This document shows positions 17,705 to 25,100 of a stretch of DNA of 32,000 nucleotides, piece by piece. The notes under the pieces are model-generated. The model had not been told where the DNA came from, searched no databases, and saw only the letters and a list, made by a program, of their open reading frames with translations. Source of the DNA: Chlamydiota bacterium (GTDB taxonomy: Bacteria > Auribacterota > JACPWU01). Made by a program: the position numbers and the translations under genes. The stretch covers positions 49,847 through 81,846 of the forward strand of contig JACPWU010000039.1 in the NCBI GenBank assembly GCA_016196885.1, given 5' to 3'. Each line of letters begins with the position of its first letter. Within the stretch, counting starts at the first letter, position 1.

Positions 17705-17749
17705 GTCATCATGAGTCATTGTATAAGAATGACTAAAGACTATTTTCAG

Positions 17750-17826
17750 GTGAAAAGTGAAGAATGGATAGTGAAAAGTGAAAAATTGAAAACCCGTTAA
17801 CATTTTTCACTTTTCATTTTTCACTC
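17750..17826. repeat. hairpin of GTGAAAA / TTTTCAC units
   Basis: Left arm gtgaaaagtgaagaatggatagtgaaaagtgaaaaa, loop ttgaaaacccgttaaca, right arm tttttcacttttcatttttcactc. It lies upstream of cheB. Confidence 0.75.
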
Positions 17827-17843
17827 TTAATTATTGAAAAACT

Positions 17844-18887
17844 ATGATCCGCGTCCTCGTTGTTGAAGATTCACTCCTAGAAACTAAATTAATTTCCGAA
17901 ATCTTGGGTTCGGATCCTGACGTGACTGTGATCGCAGTGGCTCGAGACGGAAATGAGGCCATTGCCCAAGTTGAAAAATTGCGTCCAGATCTTGTGACGA
18001 TGGACATTCACATGCCCAAAATGGACGGCCTTGAAGCGACCAAGCAAATCATGGCTTATCATCCCACGCCCATCTTAGTCTTGAGCTCTTCTATTTTTAG
18101 CCGAGGTGCGGACAAAGCCTTTAAGGCGATGTCTTATGGTGCATTGGATGTTGTAGAAAAGGCTTTTTTTAAAGGGAAAGAATTAGACGAGGTCTGGAGA
18201 AAGGAATTTCTTGAGAAGGTTAAATTTCTTTCCAAGATCAAGGTCATTCCTCACCCCTTGGCCAAACTCGAGAAAGGTTTTAAACACGCGGATCTTCCTC
18301 CTATTTGCGCCAAGACAAGCGGGGGAATGAAAATTGTCGCCATGGTTGCTTCCACGGGCGGTCCGCAAGCCCTTCTTGAAATTCTCAAATCACTCCCCAA
18401 AAATTTTCCTGCCCCTTTGGTTTTGGTTCAGCATATTGCCTCGGGTTTTACGGAAGGGTTTGTGAAATGGTTATCGGATCAGACACAGGTGAAAGTCAAA
18501 ATGGCGCAGCAGGGGGAAGCTTTAAATCCTGGCGTTGTCTATGTGGCCCCTTCAGGTTTACAGATGCGTGTGACCCCAACGCACAAAATTGAGTTGAAGG
18601 ATGATCCGCCGTATGATGGCCTTCAACCATCGGGCACGGTGCTTTTGAAATCTGCGGCCTTGGCCTTTGGAAATCAGAGCCTCGGCGTCGTTTTATCTGG
18701 GATGGGAAAAGACGGAGCAGAAGGGTTAAAGTGTATTTACGAAACCAAAGGACATACCCTTGTCCAGGATGAAATGAGCTCCGTTGTTTATGGGATGGCC
18801 AAGGCGGCCATGGATCTGGGTGTGGTACATGAGGCTTTGCCCCTCAGTGAAATTGCGAGTAGGATTATTAAGTGGGTAGGTGCTTAA
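17844..18887 (+). CDS. cheB: protein-glutamate methylesterase CheB (REC + esterase)
   Basis: N-terminal REC (IRVLVVEDS..DLVTMDIHMPKMDG) plus a CheB esterase domain (VAMVASTGGPQAL, LSGMGKDGAEGL). Confidence 0.9.
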   Translation: MIRVLVVEDSLLETKLISEILGSDPDVTVIAVARDGNEAIAQVEKLRPDLVTMDIHMPKMDGLEATKQIMAYHPTPILVLSSSIFSRGADKAFKAMSYGALDVVEKAFFKGKELDEVWRKEFLEKVKFLSKIKVIPHPLAKLEKGFKHADLPPICAKTSGGMKIVAMVASTGGPQALLEILKSLPKNFPAPLVLVQHIASGFTEGFVKWLSDQTQVKVKMAQQGEALNPGVVYVAPSGLQMRVTPTHKIELKDDPPYDGLQPSGTVLLKSAALAFGNQSLGVVLSGMGKDGAEGLKCIYETKGHTLVQDEMSSVVYGMAKAAMDLGVVHEALPLSEIASRIIKWVGA

Positions 18888-18950
18888 GTGTCTAAGTGTT
18901 TAAGTGATAAGGAAGGATTTTTTTACTTAAGCACTTAGCACTTACGCACT
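18880..18950. repeat. hairpin of TAAGTGNN / NNCACTTA units, conserved loop
   Basis: Left arm gtgcttaagtgtctaagtgtttaagtga, which includes the cheB stop codon. Loop taaggaaggatttttttac (18908-18926), right arm ttaagcacttagcacttacgcact. Confidence 0.8.
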
Positions 18951-18963
18951 AGGAGTCTTAAAA

Positions 18964-19416
18964 ATGCTCACAGTCGTTTTTAAATTGGCCTCAGAGTGTT
19001 TTGGTATTCCGGTCGAACAGGTGAAGGAAGTGGTGAAATTGTCTGTGACAAGACCCCTTCCTCAGGCCCCCTCTTTTGTGGACGGAATCATCGCTTTGAG
19101 GGGACACAGTGTGGCGGTGATGGATTTGGCAAGAAGGCTGAATATTGCAAGAGGAGATCTTCAGGGCAAAGACCGCAAGGTTTTGATTGTGAGGGTTGAG
19201 CAGAAGATCTTGGGCTTGATTGTGGATGATGTCATGAGCGTTTTGGAAGTAGAGCAAAAGGCAATAGATGCCGCGGCCCGTGTCGTGAATGGTTCTTGGC
19301 AGGGGAAGGCGGTGGCAGGGATTGCCCATTCGGGAGGTAAAGAGATCATCCTTCTGGATTTAAAAAATTTGCTCAATCCTGAAGAAAATCAAGCCTTAGA
19401 GAAGGTTAAACGCTAA
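18964..19416 (+). CDS. cheW: chemotaxis coupling protein CheW
   Basis: CheW-like domain: FKLASECFGIPVEQVKEV, VDGIIALRGHSVAVMDLARRL. AGGAG lies 8 nt before the ATG. Confidence 0.9.
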   Translation: MLTVVFKLASECFGIPVEQVKEVVKLSVTRPLPQAPSFVDGIIALRGHSVAVMDLARRLNIARGDLQGKDRKVLIVRVEQKILGLIVDDVMSVLEVEQKAIDAAARVVNGSWQGKAVAGIAHSGGKEIILLDLKNLLNPEENQALEKVKR

Positions 19417-19420
19417 AGCC

Positions 19421-20815
19421 ATGGAACTTTCGCTGGAGGTGTTTCGTCAATTTCAAAGATTTTTGGTGGAGGAGTCAGGTCTTTATTTTTCAGAGGATCG
19501 AAAAGCCTCCTTACAGCAAAAATTAGATGAGCGAATCAGAATTTGCGAACGAGCCACCTATGAAGAGTATTTTCATTATCTCAAATTTCATCCTCAGGGA
19601 CGGCTTGAATTAAAAGCCCTTCTCGATCTTCTCACGATTGGTGAGACCTATTTTTTTCGCAATGAACCACAGTTCGAGGCCTTGAGGGATTATGTGTTGC
19701 CAAATATTCTTAAAGAGAAGAAGGACACTTTAAGGATTTGGAGCGCAGGCTGCTCTACCGGGGAAGAGCCTTATTCGATTGCCATGCTTTTAAGGGAACA
19801 TCTTACCTTCTTTGAGAACTGGGAAATTTCCATTTTAGCCACCGATATCAATCAAAATGTTTTGAAGGCTGCTCAAGAGGGTATTTACAACGCTCGGGCC
19901 GTTCACGCCATGCCTACAGAATATCTTCAGAAATATTTTGTTCAAAAGGGACAGAAATTTTGGATTTCGGAAGAAATAAAAAAAATGGTGCAATTTCAAT
20001 ATCATAATTTAGTTCGAGATCCCTTCTCTTTGCCTCTCATGCAAAATCTAGACATTCTCTTTTGCAGGAATGTAATCATTTATTTTAACATCGAGACGAT
20101 TCGGCGTATCCTTTCTCAGTTTGCAGAGTGCCTCCTGACGGACGGATTTCTTTTTGTGGGACACGCAGAGACCTTGTGGAATCTCTCGGATGATTTTAGC
20201 CCCATCGAATTTCCTCAGACATTTCTTTATCAGAAAACAGAGGGTCCCGCTTCAAAACGTTCTCGACCTCCCGAAATTTTATTACCGAGTTTTGAAAAGG
20301 TAGATGAAGATGTGCCGATGGACCGATGTGCCCATGTGCCAATGAAAAAAAAGGACAGGCGTTCATCGGCACATCGGCACATCGGCACATGGGTACAAAT
20401 GATGTCTCAAGCCGTTCATTTGGCAAACGAGGGAAGGTATGAAGAGGCTCTGATCGGTGTTGAAAAAATAATTCATGAGAATAACCTCCATCTTCAGGCC
20501 CATTTTTTAATGGGGGTTCTCTTGGCGAAACTTCATCGTTATGAAAAGGCGGTGAAGCAGTTTGAGAGGGTGCTCTACATTGATGAGAAAATGTCTATTG
20601 CCTATTTTCATCTGGGACATTTGTATCGCCTGACGGAGAAATTTGAAAAAGCGAAAAAGGCTTATGAAAATTGTCTGAATATTTTGGAGAAAAAAAAGGT
20701 AGATGAAATAATCCCTTTTTCGGAAGGCTTGACCGTGGGGGTTTTGAACGAGGCGACGCATCGGGCCTTGGAAACGCTTAAAGACAGTACATCGTACAGC
20801 GAACATCGTACTTAA
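19421..20815 (+). CDS. cheR: chemotaxis protein methyltransferase CheR with C-terminal TPR region
   Basis: CheR N and SAM-binding domains are present (ETYFFRNEPQF, RIWSAGCSTGEEPYSIAML, ILFCRNVIIYF). The C-terminus has TPR-like repeats (YEEAL..NLHLQAHFLMGVLLAKLHRYEKAVKQFERVLYID..AYFHLGHLY). It starts 4 nt after the cheW stop. Confidence 0.9.
   Translation: MELSLEVFRQFQRFLVEESGLYFSEDRKASLQQKLDERIRICERATYEEYFHYLKFHPQGRLELKALLDLLTIGETYFFRNEPQFEALRDYVLPNILKEKKDTLRIWSAGCSTGEEPYSIAMLLREHLTFFENWEISILATDINQNVLKAAQEGIYNARAVHAMPTEYLQKYFVQKGQKFWISEEIKKMVQFQYHNLVRDPFSLPLMQNLDILFCRNVIIYFNIETIRRILSQFAECLLTDGFLFVGHAETLWNLSDDFSPIEFPQTFLYQKTEGPASKRSRPPEILLPSFEKVDEDVPMDRCAHVPMKKKDRRSSAHRHIGTWVQMMSQAVHLANEGRYEEALIGVEKIIHENNLHLQAHFLMGVLLAKLHRYEKAVKQFERVLYIDEKMSIAYFHLGHLYRLTEKFEKAKKAYENCLNILEKKKVDEIIPFSEGLTVGVLNEATHRALETLKDSTSYSEHRT
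20309..20396. repeat. hairpin of 4 x 8-nt units per arm (GATGTGCC / CATCGGCA) located inside the cheR coding sequence
   Basis: Left arm 20309-20344, loop aaaaaaaaggacaggcgtt at 20345-20363, right arm 20364-20396. It is translated in frame as DVPMDRCAHVPMKKKDRRSSAHRHIGTWV in the linker between the CheR and TPR domains. Confidence 0.8.
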
Positions 20816-20887
20816 GGACAGTACATCGAACATCGAACATCGTGATTTTGTTGTTGCGATGTACGAAGTACGAAGTCCGATGTACGG
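20785..20887. repeat. imperfect hairpin of ACATCG / CGATGT-type units overlapping the cheR 3' end
   Basis: Left arm cagtacatcgtacagcgaacatcgtacttaaggacagtacatcgaacatcgaacatcgtga; its first 30 nt encode the CheR tail STSYSEHRT plus the stop. Right arm gcgatgtacgaagtacgaagtccgatgtacgg, followed by TTTT and an AGGAG Shine-Dalgarno. Confidence 0.7.
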
Positions 20888-20902
20888 TTTTAGGAGAACG
20901 TT

Positions 20903-22084
20903 ATGAAACAGCGAATTCTGATTGTGGACGACAGCCCTTTGATTCATCAAATGTACGGCGCCCAATTTGAAGAGGCCGGTTTTGAGGTGCTTCACGCCCA
21001 GGATGGGATTGAAGCCATCAATGCTGCTTTTACCCAGATGCCGGATCTCATTCTTCTCGACATCAACATGCCTAAAATCAATGGTTATCAAGTTTGCCGT
21101 CTCTTGAAGGATCACCGGGATACCAAGACCATTCCTATTATTATTGAGACAAGCAAAACTTCAGCAACTCCTGTGGCAGATCCCAAGATGTGGAGTTTCG
21201 AAACGGGAGCAGATGGCTACATTGATAAGGAAGAACCTATGACGGCGGTAGATTTTGTGAGGCCTTTTTTGGCCAAAATTCCTGCAAAGAAAAGGGATGA
21301 CAGTCAAAACAAACCGATGACAGAAACAGAGATCATGACAGCCCTCTCTCATCTTTTGGATAAGCAATTGTACGTCAACGTGACTCATTTAAAAGAGCTC
21401 AATGAAAGAAAGAACGCCTTTGTAACCAATGTCTCTCATGAGTTCAAATCACCTCTCACGGTGATGAAGGTGGGTTTGGAAGATATTCTGAACGAGGCTT
21501 GCGGTCCCACAACACCGCAGCAGAAAGAAAATCTTGAAAGGGTCATTCAGACGGTGAATCGCCTGGGCCGTTTGGTGGTAGACCTTCTGGATATTTCTAA
21601 AATAGAAGCTGGGAAGATGACCTTGAATGTTCAAAAAGTCGATTTGTCAGAATTGATGGAGGAGGTGATTCGAGCTTATGCGGTGATGGTGAAAGAAAAA
21701 AAGATGCATCTGATAAAGGATATTCCGGCAAACCTTTTTGTGACGGGTGACAAAGACAAGTTGATGCAGGTCATCATCAATGTCCTTCATAATTCTCTTA
21801 AATACACACCTCAAAAAGGGAAGGTGATGGTTCAATTAAAAAAATGGGAGAAAGAAGTCAGGCTTGAAATTGAAGATACAGGACCTGGGATTACGAAGGA
21901 AAACCTCGAAAAAATTTTTGATAAATTTGTCCGTATCACCGCCGAAAAGAGAGAAGGAACGGGCCTGGGTCTTCCCATTGCCCGGGATTTGGTGCTGCTT
22001 CACGGAGGCAAGATCTGGGCTGAATCTGAGTCTGGTAAGGGATCCAAGTTTGTCATTGTTTTACCTGTCTCTCCTGCTAAATAA
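20903..22084 (+). CDS. hybrid response regulator / sensor histidine kinase (REC-HisKA-HATPase_c)
   Basis: REC domain ILIVDDSPLIHQ..DLILLDINMPKINGY, HisKA H-box FVTNVSHEFKSPLT, and HATPase N/G boxes (NVLHNSLKYTP, DTGPGI, GTGLGLPI). AGGAG lies upstream of the ATG. Confidence 0.9.
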   Translation: MKQRILIVDDSPLIHQMYGAQFEEAGFEVLHAQDGIEAINAAFTQMPDLILLDINMPKINGYQVCRLLKDHRDTKTIPIIIETSKTSATPVADPKMWSFETGADGYIDKEEPMTAVDFVRPFLAKIPAKKRDDSQNKPMTETEIMTALSHLLDKQLYVNVTHLKELNERKNAFVTNVSHEFKSPLTVMKVGLEDILNEACGPTTPQQKENLERVIQTVNRLGRLVVDLLDISKIEAGKMTLNVQKVDLSELMEEVIRAYAVMVKEKKMHLIKDIPANLFVTGDKDKLMQVIINVLHNSLKYTPQKGKVMVQLKKWEKEVRLEIEDTGPGITKENLEKIFDKFVRITAEKREGTGLGLPIARDLVLLHGGKIWAESESGKGSKFVIVLPVSPAK

Positions 22085-22198
22085 ATCATTACTCCTTTTT
22101 ACATTTTTCCTATCCAGAAGTGTCCTTATCTAACGAGAAGGTCTGCTGTTTTTTAGAATGTTTTTTTAACCATTTCCACTAGAATAAGTTATAAAAAT

Positions 22199-25100
22199 AT
22201 GCCCTTTTTTAGAAAGATCATCAGTCTTTTTCTCTGCCTTTCTTTAAGTCTCAATGAGGCTTGGACCTGGGCTCAGGAAGCACCTCTTTTTAGCCATTTT
22301 CTAGAAAATTTCAAGATTCCTCACGTATTAGGAGAAACAATTGAGAAATGTATCTTTCCGGGAAGGCCTTTGCTTTTCATCCTTGAGGATATTCATGCTC
22401 AAACGGAGGTCCAAAGGAATCTCGAGGGCATTTTAAAAGCGCTTCAATCTCTCAATCAACATTTGAATCCTGGTTCTCATTTCAAGGTGTTTGTGGAGGG
22501 AGCCGTGGGTCTCATGGATATGAGTTTTTTTACGAGCTTCCCAGAGGATCAAGCCTTCCGTATGGCTCGGAAAAGTTTTCTCGAAAAAAATGAAATCACA
22601 GGGGCTGAATCTTTCTTGATGAGTAAAGAAGGGCAAAAGTCTGAAGGATTTGGAGTGGAAGATTTTGATGCGTATTGGAAGAACGTGGAGTGGATGGGAA
22701 AGTTGATGGAGGGACAAAATCGCCAAGAAAATGAATGGCAAAGTTTGGAGCAAACTTTAAAGGCTTTGCGCCAGAAAGTTTATTCAAAGGAGTTGAGAAC
22801 ATTGAGTGAGAAGAAAGAGGCCTATGAAGAAGGAAGAGTAGGAATAGAGGGGTATGTAACTTTTCTTTCTTCTTTTACCGGATCTCTTGCCCCCATGATT
22901 CAGAAATTTCTCGCATTGAAAGATCTAGAGTCGCGTATCGATCATGGAAAAGTAGATCAAGAATATTTGTCCTATTTGGAAGTTTTGGAGAAGAAACTAT
23001 CTGAAGAAGAAGTGAAAGAGTTATTGAAAAATATTTTGGAACATCGTTTGGGAAAGGTGAGGGATGAGGATCATTACCTTTACTTGAAGCAGTATGATGA
23101 AAGGGTCAAGGGTCAAGGGTCAGGGGTCAAGAAATTCAGAAATTTAGAATTGCTTTTTGAACAGATGAAACTTTTAAAAGAAATATCGTGGAATCGATTG
23201 CAGTCTGAGGTGAAGGCATTAGAGAAACAGTTGATAAATCGGTGGGCAATAAGCTCAGGGGCCAAGGCGTTGATCGAACTGGAAGAAGATTATGGCTTGT
23301 TGAAGCGAGTGGTTTCGATGGAAGGGAAGAGAGAAGACATAAAGACAGTGTTCAGCGTACAGCGTGTAGCGGACAGGGAAGACAGGACCGGTGTCATTGA
23401 CCTTCGTCATTTCGTTCATCGTCTAAAAATTCTTGCTCAAGAAAACGATGTGGCGTTTGAAGACCCTGATCTTTACGAAACCTTTCAAATGGCCTCTCAC
23501 TTTTACGAGCAAGTTCTAAAACGGGATGGAATTTTTTGTGAAAAAATTTTGGATCAGATGAAGGATGAAAAAAATTCTTGTGCGGCTTTTGTGGTCGGAG
23601 GCTTTCATGCGGATGGCCTCAAAGAAAGGTTAAAGGAGGCCAAAATAGGTTATTGGATTGTGGCTCCTCGTTTTGTAGGACGTGAAAATCGCTCTTTTTA
23701 TTTTCAAAAGATGAAGGAAAAATTTGAAGAGAGGGAAGTGCTTAAGAAAACGCTTTCTTTGCCAGCCCAAACCAATGAAGGGATTGCTACGGATAGGGCT
23801 GTTTTTGAAAAAGCTCACGAGGGTTTTGCCCGAACGTTGGTTGGATGCGTGCTGAGAATCAATCCGCAGAGATTAGACAGGACATTTTTTGGGAAGTGGG
23901 AAGCGGGGATCAATGACCGAGGATTAAAAGGAATGATTCTAAAAATGAGAGACGGATGTCTCTCTCGTGATTCGAGCGCTCATCGGTCTTTTCTTGGGAA
24001 GAACTGGTTACAAGAAAGAAAAGAATGTAATGCAGAAATTCTAACGTCGATGAGCCCTGATGAATTGAAGGGCTCATCGAGAACGGTATCGATGCAAATC
24101 CCCCAATCTCTTGCTGCTGCAACTCGGCATGGATTGGGAGAGGCTTTGTCAGAAGCGGCTTTGAGGGACATTGCGGACGAGAGCCAGGCTCGTCCTGTGG
24201 AAGCAGGGGAGTTCGACCCTATTCTAAATCTTTTAAGCGAGGTCCAGAGTCGGGCGTCTCCTGAAAATAGAATAGATGCATTGAAATTGAATGAATTGGT
24301 AGATGCGGTACGATCAGGAATAGCATCAGGCCAAATTGAATTTTATCATCAACCTCATCCTTATCGTCCTGATTTGGCTGCGTTCGCACGACGTGGTGAA
24401 CATGGCCGACTTCGAATCTATCTTTCCGGCGATTTAGCTATTTCTTCTGAGGGAGAATTTACGCTTCAACATCTCTATGCCCTCGTTGGCTTTTTTCATG
24501 AGGCTCATGAGCAAATCACATTGGCCCGGCAATATCCCTCTCTTGATCCCCGCATTCGTCATCGCATGGCAGTTTATGATGAGGCGCGGCTGATGCAGAC
24601 TTTGCAAGGGAGGCTGCCCAGCATTCTTCGTCATCCTGTGCTGAGTCCTCTCACGGTGCATGAGCTTTGGCGGATGGATGATGAAACTTTAAGTGAAGTG
24701 GCTCAGAATACGGCATTAAAACTTTCCGAGCATGCGGTCGATTTTGAAAGCATGCCCGAATATCATCATGCGGCCGAAGCTTATACCCGGGCTGTAGAGG
24801 ATGATGAGAAAAGTTCGGATCGGAGGGGAGAAAATCTTAATTATGTGTTTTCAAGTGGTTTAGGAAGAAGTGTTCAAACTTTAGCATTGAACCTGGGTGC
24901 GCTTCGAAGAAGATCAAATGTTGGGGATTTGGTTATGGTACTTCCTCCTACCGGAGAAAGGGATCCGGCTCAGGTATACGTTCGAATGAACGGCTCAATG
25001 AATGTAAGTTTTCCCATCGATTCTGAACTTAGTTCAATTTTTGCCTTTCATCGCATTTATTCCTTAAAAATCCCTGCGGGTTTTCAAGCGGAACTTATTC

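Noticed and set aside
976-20887. I considered whether the short-unit repeats or the three GTAGTCGCC elements could be a CRISPR array.
   Set aside because: The units are only 7-8 nt long, contiguous with no spacers, and arranged as inverted arms. The GTAG elements are dispersed single copies 1-10 kb apart. No cas genes are present.
1078-21115. Many antisense or off-frame track ORFs lie inside confidently assigned genes, for example 1078..1434, 4703..5158, 5159..5515, 11289..11765, 14672..15091, 15823..16209 and 20507..21115.
   Set aside because: Each is fully embedded in a gene with clear family motifs on the other strand or frame. The peptides are R/S/P/H-rich or low-complexity, as expected for shadow ORFs.
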